In this document: in pieces, positions 47,791 to 60,078 of the stretch
Layout of the letters: each line of letters opens with the position of its first letter
Numbering within the stretch: the stretch's first letter is position 1
Origin: Neophaeotheca triangularis
Lineage: Eukaryota
Assembly (NCBI GenBank): GCA_054600435.1
Contig: BAAIJX010000032.1
Location: 124,001-188,000, forward strand
Direction of reading: 5' to 3'
DNA length: 64,000 nt
The notes under the pieces: model-generated
The model's database searches: none
Told to the model about the DNA's origin: nothing
What the model saw: the letters and a program-made list of their open reading frames with translations, nothing else
Translations under genes and position numbers: made by a program

Positions 47791-50102
47791 GCCGTTTCCA
47801 TGCAAGAAGATGCTCCTGCTCGTGAACAAGTATCCGATGTGAAGGTAGAAGAAGTTGGTATGAATAGCAAAAGATGAAATCCGCCAAGACTTTGAGCTAG
47901 GATCTCAGTTGGTTCAGGAGAGCAAAGACATGAGCTACTCGCATTTCCGCAGCGAAACGTTGTTGCTTTGAGTAGATGGCTCTGAGCTAGCAAGCTACAA
48001 CGAGCAGCCGTAGGCATTGAACCGGACTCTTCATGGCTTGGATATCGACGACGGTGCGCATGCTTCAAGCTGGTGCCCCGTTGCCCCGGAAGGTGTCTGC
48101 AGCGGAGTCGTGTCGTCTCAAAGTAATCCCGTTGCATGTCTCTCCATGCTGACCGGAAGATGTAAGGAAGAGGCACCAAGATGGCCAAGATCTACAGGCT
48201 CTCCGGGCGCTGCGTTGGGAAGAGACTACACGAGTAGAAGTTGTGGCCTTGCAAAGTCGGTTTGGCTACGAGGTTGTGCCATGCTTCTCATATGACGGAG
48301 TTTGAGGCAGCATTCTCATAGGCTGCGGAGGGTGCGTTTGCCTCTCAAGGCGCTTTCTCTTGGGCTCAGGTTTCGCCCATGCCGTAAACAGCGTCTAGTC
48401 CGGGACAGTCAGTTGCAGCGCAAGCGAGCCGGCATGAAAAGACATGCTTGGACAACGCCACGATGCCGATATCGCGATATCGCACACACGCCGCTCAATA
48501 TACCTCGATTGTGGGGCGAATGGCTTCTTCATTAGGGCGCTGCTGGTCGACGCCGTAGAGAAGCCATGTGCAGGCGTGTAGTGACTAGATTCAGGTGCAG
48601 TTGTCTCGGCGATTGAGAGCCTGCATTGCTGGGGTGTTTTGGTGATCCGGCTGCAGCTCGAGGCGATTCAACAGTATGCTTTTACAATCCTGTCTCCGAG
48701 CCACCTTGGTGAACAATGTAAGCGCAGTTGTCTGAGTAAAGTCGGTGGCAATGCGGTTGTTGTAGCTCAAGACATTCCCATAACCATGCGAACGTACTAG
48801 TATCTACAGTGCGAATGCGACAACTTATTAGCTCGACCAGACCCTTGGGGCCCTTGATACTTTTTGAGCCATAGTCGCACATTGGCGACCTGAAACTACG
48901 CCCCCTGCGACACAAGGCTGCTCACCCCGCCGGATAGCTACTGTAGGTCTTTCGACGCAGGTTTGGTTCTATCGCACGTGGCGTCCGAGCACAGCGAGGC
49001 CGAGAATTTCGCTCTAGCCGCCTAGGACAGAATTTTGGGGCGCCTGAGCTGATGTCTTTCACTAGTAACTGTCCGGTAATGTGTCAGAGCTGCAGCCCAG
49101 TCACGGGCCAGATCTTCTAGACGCTGGAACCTGAAGGTATTTCCCTAGAGCCTTAGATGTCTCGAGCTGCAAGTTGATATCGCTCCGGTATTTATGCCAG
49201 GGAGTCAGCACCGCGCTTTGAGAGCGAGCCTTGTAGTCTCTCCCAGCGGCTCAGGTGGGCTGAGCGCTCGCAATAGCCTAGGGTTATGAGGCTGGGCTTG
49301 GACTCTTGCTGCCAGATGAGCTGGCGCTTCGCAGGTGTAGGAGCTTACGAAGCACGCCCGGGGCGTAGCATTACGAGCCAACAAGCCCACTTCAAGTTTT
49401 CACCATCCATCGAATAGGTATTCTTCCAAGCATCAGTATGTCTGATTTCGGGACTGTCGTTTCATTCGTCTAGCATCAGCACTGGTCATCAAGAGAATTT
49501 GCTGGCGAAGATTATAGCTGCATGGGTCAACCATCGCCGTAAGGGTGTCCCATAGCCGCCTGGACTTCGAGCACGGCCCGAATCTGCGAGCTGCATGTAG
49601 TCGTGAGCGAGCAAACTGCAGCATATAGACGTAGGTATGGCACCGGACCTCCATGTCCGGAGCTGGATTATCGGCGTGCAAAAGATTGCATGCTCAGAGC
49701 TGGCGCCTCGGTAAGGATCTACAGCAACAGGGAATGTCGTTCGGGGATGAAAGGCTTTCTATAGCAACCGGAGAGAAAACGCAGATTAAATAGAAACAGC
49801 CAAGATCTACAAGCTCGCCGAAAGTCGCGAACTCCCCGAACGTTGCGTTGGCAGACGGATTGTAATTTGTGCCTACGGAAGCCGCTACGAGGTGGGTTTG
49901 ACTGTGAGATTCCAAATCAATCTGCCCACGGAAGGAGCTTCGGGGCAGCCTCCGCAGCGCTCGCAATTAGCGTCTATCTTCCTAAAGCTCTCTCGTTCAA
50001 AGTTTGACACTTTCTACGTAGTGGGCTGCTATAAAAATTCAAGTATTATATACAAACAGCAATTTTAATGTTCCATCGAATTGGCTTGTAATCCAAGCGC
50101 AA

Positions 50103-50324
50103 GACAACGTGGCGGAGGTAATTCTACACCACACCACCATAGATTGGTCGTCCAAGTTCTAACACTCTACCTCAGTGGTTAACGCGGTATGTGTTACCGA
50201 ATCCAGATTCATCATTGAATCATACGCTAACAACCACAAAGCCAGCCTGCTACTACCCCTCAATATAAGAGGTTGAGCTCAGCTGGTTCCTTCGGGAGCG
50301 TGTGTTCGAATCACATCGTTGTCG
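50103..50324 (+). tRNA. tRNA-Ser(GCT) with two spliceosomal-type introns (50118-50175, 50187-50241) and one canonical tRNA intron (50253-50280)
   Basis: Spliced sequence GACAACG TG GCG GAG|TGGTTAA CGC G|CCAGC CT GCT A|A GCTGG TTCCTTCGGGAGC GTGTG TTCGAAT CACAT CGTTGTC G. The acceptor stem is perfect and the cloverleaf is 81 nt. Confidence 0.88.
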
Positions 50325-50335
50325 CAGCAACATTC

Positions 50336-50341
50336 TTTTTT
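50336..50341 (+). terminator. Pol III oligo-T terminator
   Basis: T6 begins 12 nt after the tRNA 3' end. Confidence 0.65.
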
Positions 50342-50830
50342 GCGAACAATCCATGTTGTACAGACAGCTATCTTTCTTTTTCTTTTTGCTAAAAAGTAGT
50401 GAACCAAGACAATTTTGTATAGAATACTACTTGTAAAGGTACATTCTGGCAGTTGAAAACATATACATTCTGGGCGTCGCTGTCGAGAAAGGCATTGTAA
50501 GACTCAGCAGGGCAGTTCTTGTGAAGCTCGCTCCCCCCTTGGTGTTCTAAGAAGACCTTATCGTTCATCAGCCTAAACACCGCTATTTCTTCGATACTCC
50601 TCGCTCGTTATTGCGACTCCTAGATAGTCGATCAAGAGCCGGAGACATCAACTGCGAAGTCGTTCTGATCAAGACCTGCTCTGGTTCCCTTCCGTATTGA
50701 TTGTGGACTCTGGTGAGTATATGTTATCAAGGTACGACTACCCAGGGCCCATTGCTAGTTGGTACCGGATGAGTCTCCGCAAGGCCAACTAACCCAAGCC
50801 CTCCCAAAAGCCACCGAGTGAGGCATAGGT

Positions 50831-52152
50831 ATGGCCGTTCCACTCGATACGAGCGGTAAACTGCACCACTGGCCCGCAATGTATCCCTTCGTCGCCATCC
50901 ACAGTTGGCCGCCTCAGGGGTAGCCGCTTCAGGAAGGTCTCATCCAAGTCAAACCCGGCGATCACGGGTTCATTGGTGGCGTCGACTCAAAGAGACAACT
51001 CGTCAAGGTTGAACTCGCCAAAACCATTCTGCCCGGTCGTCCTGTAGTAGGTATGGTCTACCACGCCGCACTCCAGATTGGCAGCAAACGCAGTGTCACG
51101 GAACCCTGGATCATTGAAGTCACCGAGCCTCCCAGCCCATCGATTACCCTCACCCCCTTCACTGGCCGAATCCTGCTCAACACCATCGAAGGCCTGATAC
51201 GAGCCTTTGAGCAGACTACGACTGGCCCCATCGTCCTATGTATCTCGACACCGCCCTGAATGATTCAGCGCAGCGCAAGAGACTACTGAATGCCATCCTT
51301 TCCGGCATGCGAGACGCCAGCAAACCCCTTTTTGATCAGCTGAACACCGGAAAATTCGACCTCGCGGACATTGTTCGCCTTGGTGGGAAGCCAGACAAGC
51401 GTGTCGGCATCTACATGATTGTGTACCACTTTCCCAGAAACGAAGATGGAAGTCAGCGATTGCCCGAAGTGTACGTCGGCAGTACATCTGTAAACTTCGC
51501 CTCACGATGGAATCAGCATTGCACAGCGATCGACAATCCCATTGAGCCCCAGCAAGAGCGCAATCACCACTACCAGAGCGCACGCCAGGCCACCAGTCGT
51601 TGACTCATCCCACTGTCTCTTCTCCCCGGGCTGAAGCAGGGCGACGAGGAAATGAAACTGGCAGAGCAAATATTTGTCTGTCTGTTCCAAACGGCTTCTC
51701 GTAGGCTACTCAGCTATAGGGCGGATGACTTTGTGGGCCCGGGAGCACCAGAAATGTCACAAGACGATGATCCGAGTGAAGATCTTGTCGCACGGATACA
51801 GCGGTATTTTCTCGACAAAGAGTGCGCTGTTTTCTTGGGGAAGCTGGCGAGAACGGTCTTTGATAGCACAGGCTGGCCTGGGGCATTCCGCCGCTTGCCC
51901 AGTAGCAGAGCCGGCGCTTTCGGCGCGGCCAGTGGGCTCAATTGGTCGAGCCCGGCCATGGAGATGCAGCACTCTCGCACCACCTTGATCCGGACCCTGT
52001 CGAAATTGCACCTTCGATCGAGGCCAGCGTTCGCAGAATTCTCCGATAACAAGGACTCGTATGTGGTCCCAAAATCTAGCAGCGGCTCTTGCTTCGTCCT
52101 TCTTCTTCGCAAGGTCACGCCGGTCGCTACGTGTTCGATGAACGCACCTTGA
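50831..52152 (+). pseudogene. GIY-YIG nuclease-domain pseudogene
   Basis: RVGIYMIVY...EVYVGST...SRWNQH...HY, then an in-frame TGA (51601-51603) followed by LIPL...KLAEQIFVCLF. There is also an upstream TAG and a frameshift near 51237. Confidence 0.65.
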
Positions 52153-52786
52153 AAACGCCCGACGCTCCAGACGATACGGCCAGCCAGGACGCCTACGACA
52201 CGGCGACCGGCCATATCAATTCGCACGGTCAAGACGAGACATCAGACACCGAGTGGACAGGTATCGCTCTGAGCTCATCTGCATTGGCGACTTGTGATCA
52301 GCCACTTATCAACGATACAACGACTTGCAACGCTGTAGGCAACCATCGCCATCAGTGTACGTAGGTAGGGCAGGGCAATGTCATAGAGAGAAGGCGGCGC
52401 CCGGTGTGTAGGTCAGCGGCAGCAGTGGTGCATAGATTGTGCATTACAGGCCAAAGAACAGCAACCCATTGAAGCCCCAAGCTGCCGGAACCGTCCAACA
52501 GTGTCAGACCAAGGATTGCTGCTGCACTGCTTTCCCGGGTGACAAAAAAAGAAGGGAAAAAAAGGGGTCAGTTTTGCCGAGGTGAACACCAGATTCGTCC
52601 CATTTCTTCTGTCACCCGGGAAGCTGCCCCTTTGAGCAATTTTTGAACATGCGTTGGGGAGGGAATAGAGGTTGGCATTAAGCAAGTAAGAGAGTCGCAC
52701 CACCCAATGACATACTTTTTTCAATTAGCAGATGGCCTAAAGTTACACGACGCTATCCAACCATCATCCATTACGACCTCAGAATC

Positions 52787-54261
52787 CTACTCGGTCTTCG
52801 CAGCAGTCTCCTTCTTCGGTCTCGAAGCGAGCTTTCTAGGCTTCTTCTTCTCCACGGGCGCACCATTCGTCTGCGCTGCGCCTTCCGCCGGCTTCTGGCT
52901 CGTTTCCTTCTCCCCCTGCTTCTCACCCGACGCAGTCTTAGCTGGTGCAGCAGGAGCCTTCTTCTGCGCCGGTTTCTGTGGGGTAGCAGCACCGCTCCCC
53001 GCCTGCGATCCAGTCTTCTTAGGAGTTTGTCCCAGCTTCTTCGGTGGCGGTCTCTTCGGTGTCGCAGCGGGGCTTTCAGATTTACCATCCTCACCACCTT
53101 GCGTCGTGGTCGTAGCAGTCGACTGTGCCATGGACGGTTTCCTAGGTTGTGTAGGCCTTCTCTTGGCTGGCAGCGACTTGGCCTTTTGCTTTTGCGGTGC
53201 CTGCTTCTTGTTCGCACCCTCTTCTTCCTCCACAAGGAACTGCCCATCCTCTGACGTTCCATTATTCACGGCACCGACATCGTTTGGACAAGCACTCATG
53301 ACAACTACAACGTCTCGTTCGGCTCGGAGACGCACGTAATCGCCTTCTCTGCAGTCCGGCGCGGCAAAGGAGAGATCTCCAGAATCGGCCCAAGGTACGT
53401 CTGTGAAAGTGTTAGTCAAGTCTCACGCACTGCAGTCGGAAGAAACTCACTCATGAACAAATTCAGAGGTGCCGGCACACTATTGATGGTAACTTCGGCA
53501 CCCACGCCCTTTGCACCCTTCAAACCTGCCCTCTCATTCAACTCCTTCAACGCGAGTACGAGATTCTCAGCGCAACTGCCATGTTCCTCCCAATTCTCAA
53601 CACCAAGCTGCCTGTACCTGAAAGGGTCGCAAGCCGATATGACAGTATCGTGAACGCCAGACGAAGAATCCTCTACGAGCGTCAACATAGGTTGCCTCAA
53701 ATTGCTGTAGAAAATGTCGTTGACTCGCGGACGCAGATGCAAGGACTGCGCGTGCGTGGCCGGCATCGACATGTACTCCATTGGTGGTCCGTTGGGGGCA
53801 TTTTGTGCGTTCCATGCTTGGTACCCAGCGTAAAGGGAGCCACTATAGCCACTGCCGGTTAGTGCTGGGGAGAAACGATTAGTACATGAGCAAGCTCCCA
53901 TTGAGATGACTGAGTACCTACCAGAGAACCCTGCTGCCCCAACCGGAGTCTTGGAGAACGCTTGCAACTGTTCCATGTAGGATTTGTTTGGATCTGGTTT
54001 ATGCTGGGTCTTGACTGTCAGGAACACCAAACATGACTGGCTGATATATCATGCCAGCAAATACGCACCGTTGAGGTAAAGGCAGACACCGTGTCGGTTG
54101 CGGTCTGCGGAACATAGGAGGTAAAGGCCTTTCCACTTGGAAAATAACTCCCCCATGTTCTCGAGTCTTGCTTTCGTTGTTCAGCGTTTTGTTCGGTCTC
54201 GCCAGTCTTTTTCCCTCCTCTCCATCCAAGTGACGGAATGTACGAGCTCCAACCGCTAGCT

Positions 54262-54292
<31 letters not shown>

Positions 54293-54638
54293 CTCCCTGA
54301 GCAGCTTCTTCACCCTGCTGTTGGCCTTCCCGAGTCGCCTTTTCGGCCTCTTCTTGACTCGGCAACTCTACATCACCCTTCTTCTTGCTAGGAGTAGACT
54401 TTGACTTTGGTTGAGACTGTTGCTTGTCGTCTTTGCTTTCCTCTTGCTTGGACTCGTCTTTTTTCCCCTCTTTCGACTCTTGTTGGTCTTGTCCTTGATT
54501 TGGCTCTGGTTTCGGCAGAGCAAATGCCCACGTATCGACGACTTGGGAGCCAGAAGTGTTTACAATCTTGATCGTTCGACCGGCTGGGACGTACGTAGCG
54601 ACGCCGTGCCTGGCGGGGATGGTCTGCATTTCACTCAT
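52787..54638 (-). CDS. DUF1989 (urea-carboxylase-associated family) protein, about 4 exons
   Basis: IPARHG...IVNTSGSQVVDTWAF, EYMSMP, LVEDSSSGVHDTVISACD..RY, HGSCAENL, PAPLNLFMN|VP and GDYVRLRAERDVVVVMSACPND. Confidence 0.85.
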
Positions 54639-55319
54639 GATTTTGATATTGCTTTGGACGTTGGAGTGGAAGGAGAAGTATGTAATAGTAGGAGGAGCTT
54701 TGTTGAATAAGAGTAGATTTCAGACAATGTGTAGCAGGATCAATGGCAAGAAGGGATGGCAGGTGAAAGTGGCTGAAGAGTGGTCCAGATGTGAGGCGTT
54801 GCTTTTGAGCTCAATGCCACAAACCAGCCTCGCGCGTCACAGTCGACCAGAGCTGCCCCAGAACCTGGTTTCAGGCTTAGGTACCTAGGTTGCCTCCACC
54901 ATCCTTCGTCATCATCGCGTGCAGGAGCCAACTTGGAAAGTAGACGGGGATCGGAAGCTTGTTGATCTCTCCACGTCTCTGCCGTTGAAAGTGGCTTGTT
55001 GTTGCTGTGTCTACCCGACGTTCTACAGGCGACCGACGTTGCTGGCATGTGGCCAAGCACACAGACGGGACGGGACTCTTCCACCATATCGGAAGATCCC
55101 CGATATCCTTCACGTGTCAGATGGGGGCACAGGACAGGTCTCGGGTCTTCTACTAGCGCGCTTCCTATCCGTCCAATCAAACTACCTTACAACGCGCCTC
55201 ACAGTCAACTTTCCCGAATCTCTACCTCCTACCACCACCCTCCTCAACATTGCATGTCAATCCCAAGCATGCTCTAACAACAGCGTCGCCCGCAGCTTCA
55301 GCGCTGCTACACCGTCAAC

Positions 55320-56618
55320 ATGGCGCGCAGGAAGGGCCAAATCCTGCCCTTTCGCATCCCCTTTTTTCGCATCTTTTACAGCACCACATATACCATCCTC
55401 TTCATCATATGCCTAATCCTACTTGCGATTACCCCGGCATCCATGATTTACAGCGTCGTCGATGAGGAGACGTACCAGTACATCTTCATGATTGGAGGCA
55501 TCTACGTGCTGACTGCCCTCACCGCCATCTTCATATACAGTAGCCGCCTGTACACCAATCGCGCCGTGTTGGCTGCCGTAGGAAAAGGCTACATCCCAAT
55601 CGAAGAGGGCGAGGTGGGGAAGAAAGTGCGCAAAATGATCGTCGAGCAGCTGGAGAGGAGTGATATCGTAGCATGGGAGAGCCGACCAAGGGACCTACAA
55701 GGAGAAATCTTGAAAGCCGAGGATACTGGGTACCTGCCGGATGAGGAGAGGAGCGTGGCACAGAATGCGTACAATATTGGCACTGAGATTGTTATCGACC
55801 CACATCACCCACCTTGGGGTTGGATCGAACACCCTGGCTGGAGCACATCGGCGCACTACGAGCAGGAAGAGTATCGAGAAGTGCAATTCACCAACGTCGT
55901 ACGAGAGCTGCCCAACTTGATAGAAGCTCGAGTGGTGTCCCTAGCTCCCCCCGATCATTCAATCCTAGAGAATAATGACCAACCCATAGCAGACCCCACG
56001 GTGGTCGAATTGTTGCGTCGACCAGAAACAATGGGAATGCGCGAATACCTAACCCAACTGTCCTACCTCGGCCTCATAAACGCACCAGAGACCGGCGAAC
56101 GCTTCCTCACCTTATACGAGAGCGCACGCTTCTCAATGCAACCTCTCTCCACGGCAAGCTTCAAACGGCTCATGGCCTCCTTCTCCGAACTCTTGTCCGG
56201 CATGACAGCCCTCGATGAAACCATCATCAACGAGATACGAGCGCAAGTCGACCCCGAGGAGGAGCGCGCCCACTCCGAAACAACCAGTCTCGCGCCCTCG
56301 CAAGACGGTAGCACGATCCATTACAAGACGCCCCCGCCGGCACCGCGGTCGTTCAGCTCTGACTTGGCGAGTCCAGTCACTGCCCGAACTGCGCCATCTG
56401 AGGCCTTTTCCCCTTTTACGCAGCGCGAGGCACCCAGCGAGGAGAGCGTTGCCTCGGTCATCCGTAGGACGCCCGATGCACAGTCACGGCAGCAGGATGA
56501 CGATGAGCGCAGATTTGGCGGGATCGATTTGGCTCGTATATCGACTGCGAGCTTGAGCACCTATAACGGCGACGCGGGTAGTGTGATTCACCATTCACGC
56601 GCTGACCCTGCTGGGTGA
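55320..56618 (+). CDS. dlt1: Dlt1-like (defect at low temperature) membrane protein
   Basis: Two N-terminal TM helices, SSRLYTNRAVLAAV.K.YIPI, WG.IEHPGW, MGMREYL..L and YESARFS. Confidence 0.75.
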   Translation: MARRKGQILPFRIPFFRIFYSTTYTILFIICLILLAITPASMIYSVVDEETYQYIFMIGGIYVLTALTAIFIYSSRLYTNRAVLAAVGKGYIPIEEGEVGKKVRKMIVEQLERSDIVAWESRPRDLQGEILKAEDTGYLPDEERSVAQNAYNIGTEIVIDPHHPPWGWIEHPGWSTSAHYEQEEYREVQFTNVVRELPNLIEARVVSLAPPDHSILENNDQPIADPTVVELLRRPETMGMREYLTQLSYLGLINAPETGERFLTLYESARFSMQPLSTASFKRLMASFSELLSGMTALDETIINEIRAQVDPEEERAHSETTSLAPSQDGSTIHYKTPPPAPRSFSSDLASPVTARTAPSEAFSPFTQREAPSEESVASVIRRTPDAQSRQQDDDERRFGGIDLARISTASLSTYNGDAGSVIHHSRADPAG

Positions 56619-57725
56619 ACAAAGGAAATGTGCAAACAAAGCTTAACGAAACGATGAGCATGCCTCTTCGCGACACCCTGGAAAAAAGGGGCGGGACGGA
56701 TCACGAGGCCTCCTACTGCAGCAGGTTGCGGGAACGAATTGCAAGAAGCACTGCAAATACGACAGCCCCAACCGCGTGTGCCTCGGAAGTCATTTGCAGA
56801 TTGATTTGCGCCGCAGAAATAGGCGTGCCACTCTCGAGAGTCTCTGATCGAGGAAGTTTGCGTCTCAAGGAGCGAGGCCAACGGTGACGGGAAGAGTAAA
56901 TCAAGAATAGCAGGCATTCGAACCACTACATGTGGAAATTTGAGGTCTGTGGGAAAGTATGAACTTTGCACAAGAGGTGTACGAGGTGTACGCAAAGAAG
57001 GAAGAACGGCACCTTGTCAGGAGAGAGTGTCTAGATCGAGTTTAGAGAGCTGAAGCTGGGGATCAGGATGCGCGGTACAGGACTTCAACTTCGATGCAGC
57101 TCCAAATTCGTCGACCTTGTCTTAAGTAAATGGCGATCATCTCTACCTCGTCCCTGCCTCCTACCTCGTGCATAGCCTCATGAATGCAATTGTGTTCATT
57201 CAACTCCTTCGATCCGGCAAATGTCGCGAACAGTGCTCATGAAGATATGTGCGGTCTGTTGCGTACTTCGCAATTTTAATGCCTACATGGGGGATGGAAG
57301 CGATCCTGCCAGGTGGGAAATTGTTGCTCTCGACGAGTTCGACATGGGATCGAGTGGGTGACGCATTGAATGGCATGTTGCGCTGAGGATGAGGACTCAT
57401 ATAATGGCGTACGTGAGTCATGCTGAAGATGACGATGATGGCGGGAGCGTGAGGTTGGGACTGGACTGTGCAATGCGACTTATCTGTAGCGTGTCAATGA
57501 TAATGTGATGCTATTCTATCATATGCTGCCGGGAGCAAGAGTAAATTGCCTCCAGCAAGAGTAATTACCCCCGGCAGCCCTCCATTGTATCATATGAACT
57601 ATGTAAACGAGCCCATGAAACCCCTATCTATAGTGTAGGCCTCCACCATTCTAGCTATGATGTTTGCTTCGCTCTGTTTCGCGTTGTCATGACCATCTCC
57701 CACATAAGCATGCGTGGATAAAGTC

Positions 57726-59588
57726 CTACCCTCTATCTTCAATACGTATATTCTCGTCCATCAACTCTGGAAACGCATTGCTGAACTGCGGTCCCACAGA
57801 CCAATTGCTCATCGTCTTGAGATGAACCTCAAATTCGGGATTCAGCAGAAAATCCTGGCCCATACCGCTGTCGTTGCCAGAAGGCACAAGCACATCACCC
57901 CTATCGTAACCCCAGTTGACGCTCAAGGTTGTGGTGAAGGGTACGAAGAAGTCTTCAAAGCGTATGGCCGTACCAGGAGTCTTGGCAAGAGTGAGTTTGC
58001 TGCGCTGTGTTGGCCAGGGAAGATGGTCGATCCAGGTACCGTGGGGAACTTCCTGCTGCTCTTTGGAGGGGTGGAGATACACTGGGAGGCGGTCGAAGCA
58101 AGCCTGGCAGGGGCAAATGAGCCAACGCATGGTGAGGAACATGGCGTAGATGATTGCGACCTTCTCAGGAGGTTGCGAGAGGTCGGGAAATTTACTAAGA
58201 ATGTCTATGAGGAGTTTACTCAATGGATGACAATCGCGGAAACGTTCAGGGTTTTGATTTTGGTCAGCGAGGGCGCAGAAATCGGGATAGGCTGGTCCAA
58301 GGACTTGGTCGGCGGGTACGCCTTCTTTGAGTTTGACGCGCCGGGCGAAGAGAAAGTCGCCTAGGAGTGAGTCCAAGGGGCAAGTAGCCGGTCCGATGCA
58401 TGGTGTCTTTAGATATGCAGGCTTATCTTGCAAATGAGAAGATGGTGGACCGTATGGAAGCGGATTTGAAAGGGGAGAGGTAGCTTTTCGCTGCGAGTGT
58501 CGGTTGGAATCGAGTAGAAAGTTCAAGCCTAACCGCTCGCCGCTGGAAGCTTGTTGCATCTGAGCCGTAGGCGCACGACGTTGTTCATGAGAAAATGGGT
58601 CGGGTCTTCGTTCCTGGTTGGCGGAGCCAACGTCAATGGCGGTCGAGTAGGTGCGGGGGGCTGTACTGCTTGTCTCGTGTGGGGAATCTGCGGCGGAGGT
58701 TGGTTGACTTGGCCCGGTGGATTGACTCCTCGGCTGGCTCTCTCGAGGCGAGCGTAGATCAGGATGCAGATGATGGTCGTGATAGACATGATGCTGCTGC
58801 TGCTGGTGTTGATGGGAAGATGGATATTGTTGGGGTGAGGGGTGGGAAGTGGGCTGTTGTTGCTGCGCTTGCGGTGGGATGGATGGCTTGCTGGCTGTCA
58901 AGTTGGCAATGTCTAAATGTAATGAGCATGGCTATTCGCGAAGCTTTTCAGGCCAAAGGCTGTCGACAAACATACCATGTAAGCCTGGATGAGTAGCTCC
59001 CACAATACCAGCGACAGCTTTCAGGCGTTCCTTGAGCGCTTCACATTCTGCCAGCGCTCGATCCCGCTCCTGTGCTACTCGCTGCAGTTCCTGGAACGGC
59101 TGTTGACTCTCGAGTTCCCTGATTCGGCCTTCTAAACCCTCAATTGTGTTGCGCGTGCGCTCTCTAATGGCGCGTTGGGCTTCCCGGTCGTTGGCCCTCT
59201 TTTTGGCAAGCTGCTCCGGAGTCAGGTTGGCGACACCTCTACTACCGGGCACACCGCTAGCCTTGCGCTTTCTGCCGTTGGTTGCCGGTACAGGGGTTGG
59301 CGTCGCTGTAGCTTGTTCGGACAAGGCAGCCTGTGCTGTTTCGGCAGCGGCAGTCTGGTAGCCATTGGGAGCGACGGGCGATTGAGCGTAGGGAGGGGGT
59401 GCAGCGGCGGTCGATAGTGGTTGGAGTGAAGAGGCGGAGGAGTGCGGTGGGGGAGCGGCGGCGGCGGCGGCCAATGGCAGCGGAGGACGGGCGTCGTGCG
59501 GGCGTTGGTGAGGGTGAGGGTGCGGGTGCGGGTGGGGGTGGTGACTGTGGTTATGAGTATGATGGTGGTGGTGGTGGTTGTGATCCAT
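57726..59588 (-). CDS. bZIP transcription factor with C-terminal DUF3425-like domain, 2 exons
   Basis: SRGVANLTPEQLAKKRANDREAQRAIRERTRNTIEGLE basic zipper, intron near 58975-58922, and PHGTWIDHLPWP, FFVPFTTTLSVNW and LNPEFEVHL..SNWSVG. Confidence 0.85.
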
Positions 59589-60078
59589 GCTGGCGATCGG
59601 TTGCATGCAGCTTGCACGGCAGGCAAGGCGAGTAAGTGATTCCAGTCGTGTATCGTGAGCAGTGGGGGTCGGCGAGTCAAAATTTCGGCGAGCTCGGCTA
59701 ACTTTCGGCAATTGATTAGGAGGTAGCGGGTGGATGGAATTCCGTGTTTGCGCCATCACCAACGCTTGCAACACCACCGCTACCAGGGCACACTCACCTT
59801 CCACCTAGATATATACCACCAACACGCCTTGTTCTCGAACATGAATGAGATAGAACAGAAAATGTCTCCAGTCCCGGTACCTAGACACTCCGTGTTTCAC
59901 ACAGCAGGTAAGGACAGAACAGGTCGTCTTTCTAGCAACACTCATCTCCTGTTCATCTCCACTTTAAATTCATTGATTGCTTCCTCAAAAACGCAATAGA
60001 CACTCCTCTTCTAGGTATCCACCACCATCATTCTCTCGCCACATAGTTATTGGAAAACAGATTCACAACACCACGACA

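Noticed and set aside
49279..49288. TAACCCTA on the minus strand as a possible telomerase RNA template
   Set aside because: An 8-mer is expected by chance in 64 kb, and no supporting structure was identified.
51601..51603. In-frame TGA in the GIY-YIG ORF as readthrough or A-to-I editing site
   Set aside because: An additional stop and a frameshift upstream make simple pseudogenisation more parsimonious.
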